This document shows, one piece after another, positions 1-11,269 of a stretch of 64,000 nucleotides of DNA. The stretch's first letter is position 1. Each line of letters begins with the position of its first letter. A model generated the notes under the pieces. It saw only the letters and a program-made list of their open reading frames with translations. It was not told the DNA's origin and ran no database searches. Both the position numbers and the translations under genes were made by a program. This DNA is from Candidatus Latescibacterota bacterium (GTDB lineage Bacteria; Latescibacterota; UBA2968; UBA8231): positions 288,001-352,000 of the forward strand of contig CBDCXV010000011.1 of assembly GCA_965223905.1 (NCBI GenBank). Direction: 5' to 3'.

Positions 1-791
1 CGCCATTTTTCCCGACCCGGGCCCAGGCCCGACCTCGGGGCGAGTGTCGCCAAATGCCCGCGTAAAACGTCGATCAGATGGTCCGGATTTTCGAGGACCT
101 GTAACTCACCAGCACTGGCCACCGCTACCGTTCCGCGCTCTTCCGACACCACCACGCAAAGCGCATCACAGCGTTCCGCCAGCCCCCGTGCGGCGGCGTG
201 CCGCGTACCACCCGGTCCCAGGTGGGGATGATCTTCGGAGATCGGGAGAAGAACGGCGAAGCGTCCCAGACGATCTCCCTGGACGAGGACGGCGCCGTCG
301 TGGCCCGGTGACCGGGGATCGAAAATACTCAGGAGGAGTTCTTCGCTGATCGCCGCATCCAGCGCTATTCCACCGAGCAGATGGCGTTCTACCGGCTCCC
401 GGCCCGGAACGACCACCAACGCACCGATTTGCGCGCGCGCAAGGCGTAGCAAGGCGCCAGCCAAGGTGGCAATGCCATCGGTCCGGGTACGCGCCGGACG
501 GCGGCGCAGCCCGAGGACAGCGATCTGCTCGAAGAGACGCCGAAGGTCATCCTGGAATACAACCACCAGCAGGATGACCACCACCGCGAAGAAGCCTTGG
601 AAGAACCACGCGGTCAGCTGCAGTTCCAGCTGAAGTGCCAGGAGGTAGAACACCCCCAGGAAGGCCAGGCCGAGAAGGGCCAGGCTGGCATGTACGCGAC
701 GCGCCCAGGCCATCAGGGCCCAGAGCAGCAGGCTCACCACCCCCACGTCGGCAAGCTCGCCCCACCCTATCTCGAGCAGCGAGCCCAGCAT
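1..791 (-). CDS. Diadenylate cyclase, CdaA/DisA_N family with N-terminal TM helices (runs off the window start)
   Basis: Not in the ORF track; translated by hand from ATG 791: MLGSLLEIGW...VVVFQDDLRRLFEQ...SIFDPRSPGHDGAV...GTRHAAARGLAERCDALCVVVSEERG. Three hydrophobic helices plus HDGA, GTRH and VSEERG motifs. Confidence 0.88.
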   Translation of the reverse strand, partial: MLGSLLEIGWGELADVGVVSLLLWALMAWARRVHASLALLGLAFLGVFYLLALQLELQLTAWFFQGFFAVVVILLVVVFQDDLRRLFEQIAVLGLRRRPARTRTDGIATLAGALLRLARAQIGALVVVPGREPVERHLLGGIALDAAISEELLLSIFDPRSPGHDGAVLVQGDRLGRFAVLLPISEDHPHLGPGGTRHAAARGLAERCDALCVVVSEERGTVAVASAGELQVLENPDHLIDVLRGHLATLAPRSGLGPGREKW

Positions 792-1015
792 GCAGCATCA
801 CTTCCGCGAGAAGGGTCCACGGCCCTCGCGGTGAAGGAGCGAACCAAGGCACCTGAAGAGGTGCCCCATCTTTCGACGGGCGTAGCCATACGCGCCGTAT
901 CGAACGCAACAAGGTTGCTCAGTTGGTGGGATAGAGCAGGGGAGAGATGTACGGAAAGGGCGTCCACGACCTCTCCTAGTCGTGGACGCCCCACTATGGC
1001 AACGGGTCGGAGGGC

Positions 1016-2098
1016 CTACTCAGAGATAATGATCTCCACCCGGCGATTTTGCCGACGCCCCTCCTTGGTGGCATTGCGGGCGACCGGTTCTTTCTCGCCC
1101 TTGGATTCGAGGCTCATGCGTCCGGCGTCGATCCCCTTGGACATCAAGTACTTCTGGACCGACACTGCCCGCCTCATACCCAGCCTGGAGTTGTACCAGA
1201 CGCTGCCCGTGCTGTCCGTGTGGCCGCGCAGCATCACCCCGATCTCAGGTAGCTCCCCCAGATCCATGACAACGTCGTCGAGGATCCCCATGGCTTCGCT
1301 GGAAAGCTTTGCCGAATTCAGGGCGAACAGGACCACTCTTGGAGCCGGCATTTCCATCTCGGGCTCTTCGGCCACCTCTTCCATCGGGGGTTCCGGTTCG
1401 GGGGCCGGTTCCTCGACAGGGGGAGCGACCACAGGTTCAGCCACAGGAGCCACCGGGGCGAGTGGGCGCGGCGGCGGGCCGAAGCTGCCGAGAGTCAGCC
1501 CGACTCTCCCTTGCAGAGAGTCATCGTTGCCCCCGTCCTCGACCGCATTGACCGCGTCGCTGAGGACCATCGCATAGCCGACCGAGACTTCCAGGGCCAG
1601 ATTGTCCGACAATTTGTACTGGATACCGATGCCAAGGGGAATCATTGGAACCCGGTCGATGACGGCGAGTCCCGGGGTGCGCAAAGGGGAAATTCCCCGC
1701 TGCTGATCTTCCTGATCCCAATCGTAGCGCAGGAGGCCGACACCGCCTGAAAAGAACAGATTCCACTGGCTGCTGGTGATGGGGCTGAACAGCAGTCGGC
1801 CACTGACCGTCCCCACATCGGTTCCCGAGTCCACGGCCTGGATGCGCTCGTATCCCCCGTTCAACTCGAACTGCAGTTTGGGGAGAAAACCGCGCCGCAC
1901 ATAGCCAGTCCCCCGAATGCCGATCTCGTCCTCCAACTCGGTGACAGGCAACAGGCCGCCCGCATTGATTCCGATGGAGAGACCAGGGGTCTCACCGGGA
2001 TCGAACTGGGCTGGGGCAGGCGAGGCCAACATCAAACCGCCTGCGATGAGCGCGAGAACCGCGAGTGAGAACTGCTGGAATGAGTGCGTGATTTTCAT
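1016..2098 (-). CDS. OmpA family outer-membrane protein
   Basis: Signal peptide, beta-barrel-like N-domain, Pro/Glu linker, and OmpA_C motifs GHTDSTG, RA..V..YL and RRQNRRVEI. Confidence 0.9.
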   Translation of the reverse strand: MKITHSFQQFSLAVLALIAGGLMLASPAPAQFDPGETPGLSIGINAGGLLPVTELEDEIGIRGTGYVRRGFLPKLQFELNGGYERIQAVDSGTDVGTVSGRLLFSPITSSQWNLFFSGGVGLLRYDWDQEDQQRGISPLRTPGLAVIDRVPMIPLGIGIQYKLSDNLALEVSVGYAMVLSDAVNAVEDGGNDDSLQGRVGLTLGSFGPPPRPLAPVAPVAEPVVAPPVEEPAPEPEPPMEEVAEEPEMEMPAPRVVLFALNSAKLSSEAMGILDDVVMDLGELPEIGVMLRGHTDSTGSVWYNSRLGMRRAVSVQKYLMSKGIDAGRMSLESKGEKEPVARNATKEGRRQNRRVEIIISE

Positions 2099-2124
2099 AT
2101 CTGTTCTCTTTCCGTTCAGTGGAA

Positions 2125-2168
2125 AATGCCTACGCCTTAATTATAATGCCTACGCCTTAATTATAATG
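2125..2168. repeat. 20-bp tandem duplication in the ompA promoter region
   Basis: AATGCCTACGCCTTAATTAT occurs twice, followed by AATG; each unit gives TATAAT on both strands. Confidence 0.9.
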
Positions 2169-2275
2169 GAGATTGATAAAGTTGGCGCAAGAAAATTTCG
2201 CGCTTCGACGCAATGTCCGGGCTTGCAGGCCGCCATCGGCCTCCCATGCGAGCAAATTCCGCCCCTTCGGGCGAC

Positions 2276-4018
2276 CTAAAGATCCAGACTCAGACGTCCG
2301 TAGTAGAACCCCCCATTGGTGCCGAACTGGGTTACCCGCCGGCTGTACACGAAGCCGCGAGAGCCGATGTTGGCCTCTTTTTCGTGCTCGTCCGGGTAGG
2401 TGTTCAACAGGTTGTTGGCTCCCACCGATAGATTGACCCCCCGGGATAACCTCGCAGGCCACGTCCAAATCGATGAGGGTCTTGCCCCCGAAAGTCTCCT
2501 CGTGGTCCTGGTTGGTGGGCTTGTACTCGGCTGAACCGTAGTAAGTGGCCGCGGCCGGGATGCCGACACGTTTCAGGTTGTAGCGCGCTGACAGGTTGAA
2601 CTTGGTCCGCGGCAACGCGTCCTCGAAGCGGTTCCGTTCCTCGCGGTTGAACAGGGTGCCCCTGATGACTTCGCGCTCGGCGCCGTTCGGCGAAAGGAAA
2701 CAGGGCTGGCCACCCCATGGAGGCGTTGTTCGTATTCTCGATATTCCACTGGAAGCTGTTGCCCCCCTGGGCAACGCTGAAATCGACGTCCCAGGCCCCC
2801 TTGGCCCCGCGCACGCCGGCGCTGAAGGAGCGGTCCTGATATCCGGGTTGATCTGGGGAAGGAAGCCGTTGGGGTAGAGTTCGAACACCACCCGTTCCGG
2901 CTGGCTGCCCGGCAGGCGATAGAACCCGGTGGCCTTGCCCCTGCGGTACGACAGTCCTCCAAAGCTGTAGAGCTGGGCTCCTCCGCCCAGGGGATTCACG
3001 GCGTTGTAGAAGGTCGCGCCCACCGTGGCCTTGCTCTGCCCGATCTTCATGTTGAATGCGTCCCGCCGCAGGTCGTTTTCTTGCAGCCACATTGTGTCGG
3101 CGCCCGTGTAGAGACCGCCGCGGGCAGTGCGGCCGCGATCGAAGAACTCTCCGGTCACGTTGATGACGCCCCCGTTCTCAAGTGCAAAACCGTAGTCACG
3201 TCGGTCTTGACCTGGTCGCCGTCCCCTTCTCCAGTAGTTCCCATCAGGCTGTTGAGCTGGAGGCTTTCGGTGTTCTCCTTCAGAACGATATTGATCACCC
3301 CGGCGATGGCGTCCGAGCCGTACTGGGCCGCTGCCCCGTCGCGCAGGATCTCGATGCGCTCGACCGCGGCCTTGGGAATGGCGCTGAGGTCCACCCCGAC
3401 CGTGCTCCGGCCGAAGGTGCCGTTGACGTGCACCAAGGCGCTGGAGTGGCGGCGCTTGCCGTTGACAAGCACCAGCACCTGGTCGGGGCCCAGTCCGCGA
3501 AGGCTGGAAGGGTTGATGTGGTCGGTACCGTCGGAAATGGTCTGGTGGGAGGCGTTGAAGGAAGGGGCCAGCTGGCGCAGTGTCTGGTTGATCTCGGTTT
3601 CGCCGGATTGGCGGATCTCGCTCTCCGAAAGGACATCGACCGGCGCCGGGGTCTCCAGGACAGTTCGCACGGTCCGCGATCCGACCACCACCACTTCGTC
3701 CCCCGTCAAGGTTCGCTCGACCAGCTCGAAATCGACCTCCACCGTGTCTCCGGCGGCAATCTCGACGGCGCGCCGGACGGACTGGTAGCCGATGAAGGTC
3801 ACCTGCAGGGTATGGGCGCCTGGAGACACGCTCAGCCCGAAACTCCCCTCCCCGGTCCGTAACCGTTCCCCTGGCGGTGCCGACGACGTGCAGATTCGCC
3901 CCTGGAAGCGGACTGGCGAATTCGCTGTCGGTGACCTTTCCCCGAATCGTGCCCTGCCGGGCCAGGAGCGGAGAGACCGCCAGGACCGCAGCGCGGTTAG
4001 TTGAAGTGTGGGGCGCAT
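2276..4018 (-). pseudogene. TonB-dependent receptor, fragmented
   Basis: Plug motifs LRGLGPDQVLVLVNGKRRH and ERIEILRDGAAAQYGSDAIAGVINI (3155-3830). Barrel pieces lie in other frames, with the C-terminus GANNLLNTYPD...FGTNGGFYYGRLSLDL (2276-2440). About 1.7 kb in total, too short for an intact receptor. Confidence 0.85.
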
Positions 4019-4256
4019 CGATTGTTTTCCTTCTTTTTCATGGTTCCTTACGCTCTCACGACAGGGATCCCGGGCACGTCAAACTTCCCGAAATGAGGTG
4101 GTTGGATGGTGAGTCCACGATAGCCGGCATCTTAACAATCAAATCTCCAAACCTCAAAATCTAACGAACCTCAAAATCAAATCTCTCCCATTCCGCGATC
4201 CCTGGCCAGTTGCCGGCAGGACCTCTTCTGGTTCCGCTTCTCCTCCACCAGATTCC

Positions 4257-5489
4257 TCACCGGGCGGCGAGGCGCGTCACAAGCGCCCCCAGCCGCTCGA
4301 GCTCGCTTCCGGGCATGTCGGGATCGAACGGCAGGTACACGGCGTCGGCAAGCCGCTCGGCTCCGGGAGCCGGGGAGTCGCCGTCCGACACCACGCTCAA
4401 CCGTTCCGACATGGCATCGAACCCTTGGCTGCGAAGGTGGCTCTTCACCGCTTCCCGGTCGCGGACGAGCACCGGGACCATCCAGTAGGCATGCGTGAGC
4501 GCGTCGCGGGTAGGCAGCTCGACCTCGCGACCAAGGGTCCGGAACAGGGCGCAGCCCGGTTCTACGCGGCGGGTGACCGGGGCTTCCCCCTCCCCCAGCC
4601 TGCGCTCAAGCAGACCGAGAAGTGCGGCACAGGGACGGCGGCGGATGTGGGGCATGAGCGACTCACGAGGAACGTTGCGAGTGACGGCGCGAATCCAGCT
4701 TTCGCGGTCGAAAACCAGAAGGTTGGCCAGAGAGACCAGGGCAGCGAAAATCGACGGCGTGGAAGCCCATTTCAGAACGCCGAAAAGCAGCACACGGCGC
4801 AAGAACTCCCGCGTCGGTTGGACCGGGTCCCGCTCCAGGATAGCTGTCATTTCGGCGCGCAGTTGCGGGTGGCGCACGCGGGCGATCGCCCCGCCGAAGG
4901 CCGTAGCGATCTTCATGGGTCCGAAGGAAAAGAGCGTCAGGTCGGCTTGCTGGTGGCCGGACCAGCCAGGTCCCGCGTACGCCTGGGCACAGTCTTCCAC
5001 GACGGCGACGCCATACCGGCGAGCGACGGCTACCGCCGGCTCCACGTCGAGGCGGGCTCCGAACAGGTGGGCGAGAACGACGGCCCGGGTGCGCGGCCCG
5101 ATAAGCCGTTCGAGCGCGCGCGCGTCCCACGCCGTCGTCAGCGGGTCGATGTCGAGAGGTACCGGCCGCAGACCGTGCTGCCTGGCGATGTGGGGCATGT
5201 CCGGCACGGTCAGGGCACTGAAGATGATCTCGTCTCCAGAGTTCCACCGCTTCGCCCGAAGGAACAGGTCGAACGCCGAGCGCGCCGTCAGGCATGTGAT
5301 GGCGTCGTGGTCCTCGCACCACAGGCTCTCGATCCGTGCTGCGACCCTTTCCCGGGGCTGCGGATACAGGCACGACTTGAGGGCGAAACGCCAGTCGGCC
5401 CAAGTAAAATCGAACCGCTTGCAGGGCCAGATCATGCGCCGCGGTCCAGCCCTCCGGGCTTCCCCGGATTCAGGTAGATTGCCGGTCAT
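4257..5489 (-). CDS. DegT/DnrJ/EryC1/StrS PLP-dependent aminotransferase
   Basis: AVVLAHLFG, VVEDCAQA and FSFGPMK...GG motifs. The start may be 5435. Confidence 0.85.
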   Translation of the reverse strand: MTGNLPESGEARRAGPRRMIWPCKRFDFTWADWRFALKSCLYPQPRERVAARIESLWCEDHDAITCLTARSAFDLFLRAKRWNSGDEIIFSALTVPDMPHIARQHGLRPVPLDIDPLTTAWDARALERLIGPRTRAVVLAHLFGARLDVEPAVAVARRYGVAVVEDCAQAYAGPGWSGHQQADLTLFSFGPMKIATAFGGAIARVRHPQLRAEMTAILERDPVQPTREFLRRVLLFGVLKWASTPSIFAALVSLANLLVFDRESWIRAVTRNVPRESLMPHIRRRPCAALLGLLERRLGEGEAPVTRRVEPGCALFRTLGREVELPTRDALTHAYWMVPVLVRDREAVKSHLRSQGFDAMSERLSVVSDGDSPAPGAERLADAVYLPFDPDMPGSELERLGALVTRLAAR

Positions 5490-5686
5490 GATCGAAAGGG
5501 AAGAAGTGAAGAACCGATCTTCATCCTGACGAAGGCTGGTGCAGTTCCTGCCATTCGTACGAGGCTTATTCCGGTTGAACCTCGTTCAGGTCCCCAGGAA
5601 ACAGAGCAGGTCCCTCAATATTCCTCCTGATTGTCGCCTGTCTGCTTTTCAAATCGACCGTCACACCACGGGAATCAGGGCACCCC

Positions 5687-6954
5687 TGGAGTAACCCCGA
5701 TTTCACGGACAGTTTCCGTTTGGGTTTGCACCCTTTGCCAGGTGATATCTCTCGTAGTTGGCGGGAGCCCGTTGTCCCAGGGCGGAATGCCGCCGATCAA
5801 GGATTGTACCAGGCTTCCAGGTACTCGAAAACCGCCACGCGGGCTTCAGACTGAGTAGCAAAGCTATGACGATTCATCAGCTCCCTCTCCAAAGTGGCGA
5901 AAAAGCTCTCGCACAGGCATTGTGGTAGCAATCACCGACCGATCGACGGTCGCACCCCGGCTTGGCGGCAGCGCATCCCGAAGGCCAAGGCGGTATACTG
6001 ACTGCCGTGATCGGAGTGGTGAATCACCGAGCGCAGACGACGCTGGCCCAATGCCATGTCGAGGGCGTTCAAAACGAGCTGCGTACGCAGATGGCTCGCC
6101 ATGGCCCAGCCCACCACCCGGCGGCTCCAAGTGTCGACCACCACCCTCAGATACAAAAATTCCGACCCCGTGGGGATGTAGGCGATGTCGGCGACCCACA
6201 GCTCATTTGGGCCGAAGGCCGAAAACATCCGCTCGAGGTCGGAAGCTACCCGGCCCTGCAGCTACGGCAGGTCGTGGAGATCTTGCGTCGGCGACCTACG
6301 TCCCGCACCCCGAGTTCACGCATCAATCGGGCCACACGCTTGCGGCCGACGGCTTGTCCCCTCGGCCGGTTCGGCCTGATCCTCGGCGCCCATCTATATG
6401 TTCCTCGGGAGCGTTGGTGGATCTGCTCGACACGCGCCTTGAGCACGGCATCGGCCCGGGCGCGACACGACGGCGGGCGCTGCAACAAGGCGTAGTAGCC
6501 GCTGGAGGAGACCTTCAACGCGCGGCACATCGCCGTCCGGAAAGTGGGCTTGGTGCGATCTCATGAACTCGTAGACGGACCGGAGTTGCGAGTCGGCCTC
6601 GCGAGCGAACCAAGCCGTGGCTTTTGCCAGAATGTCCCGTTCGATACGCAGTTGCTTGTTCTCCCGGCGAAGGCACCGCAGATCCTGCTGCTGCGGGGCT
6701 GGGCCCATCGCGGCGCACCACTTCCTCGCGTTCGGCCTGCATCACCAAGTTGCGGATCGTCTGCCCGGACGGCTCGAATTCCTTGGCCAGCGCCTCCGGG
6801 TTTCGGCTCGTACGAGTTCCACCATCTGTTGCCGGAAATCCGGCGGATACGGGGCATGCGATTTCGGCATGAAGGACATCCTCCTTCTCTTTCCCAAGAA
6901 ATCCTCCTTCTCTTTCCCAAGAAATGAAGTATCCACAAAATCGGGTCAACTCCA
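5687..6954 (-). mobile_element. IS3-family insertion sequence, 1268 bp, transposase decayed
   Basis: Imperfect IRs TGGAGTAACCCCGATTTCACGGACA (5687) and revcomp TGGAGTTGACCCGATTTTGTGGATA (ends 6954), with CCCC on both flanks. orfA MPKSHAPYPPDFRQQMVELV starts at 6870; orfB pieces WVADIAYIPT and HHSDHGSQY lie in several frames. Confidence 0.9.
6878..6923. repeat. 23-bp tandem duplication covering the IS3 orfA ribosome-binding site
   Basis: ATCCTCCTTCTCTTTCCCAAGAA occurs twice; it reads AGGAGG on the minus strand. Confidence 0.9.
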
Positions 6955-7084
6955 CCCCATCCCAAGTCGAGTCGTGCAGTACAGGATCTTGGAACACAAC
7001 CTTGTTGTCAGGCCCGAGAAACGGAAACGTCCTGATCTTAGCCATCCCCTTGATTCGGTGATACCCACCATTCTGTATCCTCAC

Positions 7085-8413
7085 TCACTACTGTCCGGTT
7101 ATAAGTCGAATAAAGTCAACTGGTTACAAAGATGCTCTGATTGGTATTGGGAGTTGATTCTCGTAAGCAATTGTAAAATATCGACTTTCTCGAACAGCGA
7201 AACGGTGAAGAGTTGCAGGATTTCGGCCAGACGGCGGTCGACGTGTAGCTGCTTCTTGACGATGGCCACGAGCACGTACGTGCTGATAGCGATCCAGATC
7301 TGGGTCTTGACCGCGTTCTCGGAGGTGCCGAAGAACCCTTTGATTTGCAGATGGTGTTTGATCCACTTGAAGAACAACTCCACCTGCCAGCGGCATTTGT
7401 ACAACTGCGGGATGGTCAAGGCGGGAAGGACGAAATGATTGGTGAGAAAAACGAACCGCTTCGCCGTCTCGAGGTCGAAGTAGCTGATGCGCGCAGGGCA
7501 TCGGGGTAGTCTTGTGAGGTCCCGGGTCCGTGCAGTACGATGGTCTGGTCGCTGCGCAAGCCGGTGCTTTTGTCGACCGGGCGCGACATACGCCGAGTAT
7601 AATCCAGATTGCGTTTGGCGCGGATGACAAAGAACGCGGCCTGCTGCGTGAAGGTATACAGCCGGGCGAAGTCGATGTACCCGCGGTCCATGATGTAGAA
7701 GGCGCCCGGTTCCAGAATCAATTCGTCGAGCAGGCCGACATCGTGCGTCTTCCCCTCTGTAATGCGAATAAAACAGGGGATATTGCCGCGTAGATCCATC
7801 AACGTGTGAAGCTTGATGGCGGCTTTGCGCTGACGGAATCGGGCCCACGGAAACAGCGAAAGACACCGATCGATGGTGCTGGAATCGAAGACATACGCGG
7901 TCTCTTCGAGTTGTACTCCGAAGTCGTCTTGACTGTATAGCTTGCGGGCGTGGCCAATGAGCACCTGAGCGAAGTCGGCGTAGATGCGCCAGTCCCGGTT
8001 CTCGTTGGCATCGGCCAGGGTGCTCCTGGAAACCGGGTATCGAAGGCCGGCATGATACAGCTTGGGCTGCATCGCGCGTAAACAGGTCTCGATGTCCCGT
8101 AGGCTTTCCCGACCGGTGAGCTGCGCAAAGGCCATGCACAGAAACTGATCGCGACACTTGAAGTGCCGTGTCCTGTAATTGCCATGGTACCGACGTACGC
8201 ATCTGTTGAACTCGTGCCTGGGTAGGAAATCCATGAGCTGTGAGAATACCATTCGTCCCGTAGGCATCGGCCATTCCCTCCCTCGCTAAATGCAGCGCTG
8301 AATGGCCCAAATCTACGATCGATTTCAAATCGACAACGGTCATTTATTCGCACAACTCATTGTAGATGCATTACTTACACGATTTTTAAAAGCGCTCAAC
8401 CGGACAGTAGTGA
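7085..8413 (-). mobile_element. IS4-family insertion sequence (DUF4372 + DDE transposase, one frameshift near 7492)
   Basis: Perfect IRs TCACTACTGTCCGGTT / AACCGGACAGTAGTGA with flanking duplication TCCTCAC. Transposase 8267 to 7099 has FDSSTID, MDRGYID and YKCRWQVELFFKWIK. Confidence 0.93.
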
Positions 8414-8492
8414 TCCTCACCCAAGAATATGAAAGGAGCGGTCGAATCCCTCCTTCAAGGCTGCGCCCCGAATTCAAACACTCCTGGTACGC

Positions 8493-8528
8493 AAAAGACC
8501 CCGAAGGGATCGCCCCTCGGGGTCTTTC
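8493..8528 (-). terminator. Intrinsic terminator after tRNA-Asn
   Basis: Hairpin AAAGACCCCGAAGGG-ATCG-CCCCTCGGGGTCTTT with a T-run on the minus strand. Confidence 0.7.
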
Positions 8529-8556
8529 GATGATTGCCGCCGGAATCGGCGAAAGA

Positions 8557-8632
8557 TGGCTCCGGCGGTAGGATTCGAACCTACGACCAATCGGTTAACA
8601 GCCGACCGCTCTGCCAGCTGAGCTACGCCGGA
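8557..8632 (-). tRNA. tRNA-Asn (GTT)
   Basis: TCCGGCGTAGCTCAGCTGGCAGAGCGGTCGGCTGTTAACCGATTGGTCGTAGGTTCGAATCCTACCGCCGGAGCCA; cloverleaf, GTT anticodon, encoded CCA. Confidence 0.97.
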
Positions 8633-8657
8633 ATTCCTGCTCACGTTTTGACAGTTG

Positions 8658-8686
8658 AACGTAGCCCCCACCAAGGCCACTGTCAA
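8658..8686 (-). promoter_or_regulatory. sigma70-type promoter for tRNA-Asn
   Basis: TTGACA-17 bp-TACGTT on the minus strand. Confidence 0.6.
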
Positions 8687-8712
8687 TTCGGCAGATTACT
8701 ATTCAGTCCCGT

Positions 8713-9564
8713 TCAATCTTCCCCGTAGTACTCCTTCAACACCTCGCTGCGGTTGGGGTGCCGCAGCTTCTGCAGAGCCTTCTCCTTTATCTGGCGAACC
8801 CGCTCCCGCGTGCGCCCGACATGTCTTCCGATCTCTTCCAGGGTCATCGGTTGCTGTCCATCGAGCCCGTAGTACATCCGCAACACGCGCGCCTCCCCAT
8901 CCGTCAGCGTTTCCATGGCGCTACGGATCTCGTCTTTCAACTTCCCTTCCGACAGGACTTCGTCGCAGGCCGGAAGGGTTTCGTCCGGAAGCAGATCACC
9001 CAGACAGCGATCCGCTTCGCCATCATCGCATGGGGTCTCCAGCGACACCGGGCGTTGCGCCATCCGCAGCAGCAGATCCATGCCGTCTGGATTGACATCG
9101 AGCTCCGCGGCGATCTCGTCGCTTTCCGGAGGACGTCCGAGCCGTTGCTCCAGCTTTGTCAGCACTTTGTTGACGCGGGTCAACTCCCCGATCCGGTTCA
9201 GCGGCAGCCGCACGATGCGCGACTGCTCAGCCAGCGCCTGCAGGATCGACTGTCTGATCCACCAGACAGCGTACGAGATGAACTTGAACCCCTTCGAACC
9301 GTCGAAGCGCCTGGCAGCCACCATCAGCCCCAGGTTGCCTTCGTTGATCAGGTCCGAAAGCGGCAATCCGAGATTCTGGTACTGCTTTGCGACACTGACC
9401 ACAAAGCGCAGATTCGCCTGCACCAAAAGGGTGAGCGCTCCTTCGTCTCCCTCTTTTATTCGTTTCGCAATCTCGATTTCGTCCTTCGCCGATAGTCCGA
9501 CCGAGTCCTCGATCTCGTGGAAATACTGATCGACCAATGTGTCGGTCTGTAGCGTGGAATTCAT
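8713..9564 (-). CDS. RNA polymerase sigma-70 factor, RpoD/RpoS type (short form, no region 1.1)
   Basis: ANLRFVVSVAKQY, DLINEGNLGL, FISYAVWWIRQ and TLEEIG...TRERVRQI motifs. Start taken at MNSTLQ. Confidence 0.93.
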   Translation of the reverse strand: MNSTLQTDTLVDQYFHEIEDSVGLSAKDEIEIAKRIKEGDEGALTLLVQANLRFVVSVAKQYQNLGLPLSDLINEGNLGLMVAARRFDGSKGFKFISYAVWWIRQSILQALAEQSRIVRLPLNRIGELTRVNKVLTKLEQRLGRPPESDEIAAELDVNPDGMDLLLRMAQRPVSLETPCDDGEADRCLGDLLPDETLPACDEVLSEGKLKDEIRSAMETLTDGEARVLRMYYGLDGQQPMTLEEIGRHVGRTRERVRQIKEKALQKLRHPNRSEVLKEYYGED

Positions 9565-10428
9565 GGGACACGCCCCTTCTCTCACAAGTGTCGAAATCGC
9601 GCTAAGTTCGCCCTGCCGCCTTGTAGGCAACCGATCGTTTCGTTAGGCGAACTCTCCGCACTTGCACCGCCGCTGCAACCCGGCGGTCGCTGTGCTGTTC
9701 GATCTACTCGAGGGAGGGGATCGAACACAGGGGAACCTGACGGCTGTCTCGCGGACGGTTCGTCAAGCGTGGGGAAAGGCGAAACAACTTCTTCGCGCGG
9801 GGAAGCGCGAAAGGGAGTCGGAACTACAACACCAAGGGGAGTGTTAAAACTACGACAAGGAGTTAAGACCGATCAACCCAAAAAGGCTAATTGCTGTATA
9901 GAGAGAAAAACCGGGGAGCTATTGTCACCATTGCGATGTGGGTTCTGGTCGTCGTCGGGAGATCGCGAGCGCAGAAGCCGTATCGCCAAGGGAGATCGCG
10001 TTGCGCAAGACAAAATTCCGCCAAAATATAGGATAAGCGTCAGATTTTACAACACTTTTTTATCCGGTTTGTTCCCGCCTGTTTCGCCTGCCGGGTCCGT
10101 CACCCGCGGCAGGAACCGCTCCGGCTTCCTGCCTTACCGTTCTGCGGGGGAGTTTCACATGGACCGCATCGAAAAACAAGGGTGTTCTTCCACTGTGAAA
10201 GGATGCCTCCATCAGGGGTCCGGCTAGCCATGTGCGCTGCATTCTCACTCGCAGATCCGGGTGGCGCTGGATGGATTCCCTTCCAGGCAGCCACCGGCAT
10301 TTTACATATTGGAAACGAACTGCCAGCGTGGTCCCGTTCAATCAAATGACTGCTTCGAGTTGTACAGGAAATAGGTCCGCCGGTTCATTCTGTTCGATTG
10401 CAAAAACTCCCACTATATTCTGCTCTCC

Positions 10429-11244
10429 TTGGCGAACGCAGGAAAATCCTTTATCGGAGAAGGCTACTTGAGTAGTGTCGAAGGTTGTCCATTCCGTCTC
10501 GATGGCAAGCGCGCCGTAATTACGGGAGGAGGTCGGGGTATCGGCCGCGCCACGGCGATTGCCCTGGCCCGCTGTGGCGCTGATGTAACCGTGGTCAGCC
10601 GCACACGCGAGCAGCTGGAAGCTACTATATCCGAGGTTCACGAGTTCGGAGGAACTGGGGCCGCTCTCGTCGGCGACATCGGCGATCCGGAAAGTGTCGA
10701 CGCCCTCGTCAGGGAACTAGGCAGGAAAGGTGTGTTACCTGACATTCTGGTGAACAACGCCGGGATCAGCCCTGTCGTCAAACGGACACAGGAAATCGAG
10801 CGCGAAGAGTTTGCGCATGTCCTGGGGATCAACCTGAACGGAACTTTTGATCTGCTGTGCAGGCTTGCCCCGGGGATGCTCGAGCGTGGGAGCGGGTCGA
10901 TCATCAACGTGACGTCGATTGCCTCCGAGCGGGCCCTGCCGTTGCTCGCTGCCTACAACGCCAGCAAGGCTGCGCTCGACGAGCTGACGCGAACGATGGC
11001 GGTCGAGTGGGCGCCTTCGGGAGTGCGCGTCAACTCCGTCGCTCCCGCGTACATCGAAACCGAGATGACGGCCGCTATCCGGGAGCGGGAGAAACTCAAG
11101 CGGGCCATTGTCCGGCGCACCCCGATCGGCCGCCTTGGCAAACCGGAGGAGGTGGCCTGGGCGATTGTATTTCTCGCCTCGGAGGAAGCCAGCTACATCA
11201 CCGGCCACACCTTGTTCGTCGACGGCGGCTGGACCTGCCTTTGA
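10429..11244 (+). CDS. SDR family oxidoreductase (FabG-like)
   Basis: TGGGRGIG, NNAG, YNASK and VDGG motifs. The start may be slightly downstream. Confidence 0.92.
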   Translation: MANAGKSFIGEGYLSSVEGCPFRLDGKRAVITGGGRGIGRATAIALARCGADVTVVSRTREQLEATISEVHEFGGTGAALVGDIGDPESVDALVRELGRKGVLPDILVNNAGISPVVKRTQEIEREEFAHVLGINLNGTFDLLCRLAPGMLERGSGSIINVTSIASERALPLLAAYNASKAALDELTRTMAVEWAPSGVRVNSVAPAYIETEMTAAIREREKLKRAIVRRTPIGRLGKPEEVAWAIVFLASEEASYITGHTLFVDGGWTCL

Positions 11245-11269
11245 CACTCCCCCCGACGAAGGCGACCGG

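Noticed and set aside
9630-10428. Long intergenic region as ncRNA, riboswitch or small genes
   Set aside because: I recognise no RNA motif, and the ORFs lack convincing RBS or protein-like features; a covariance search is needed.
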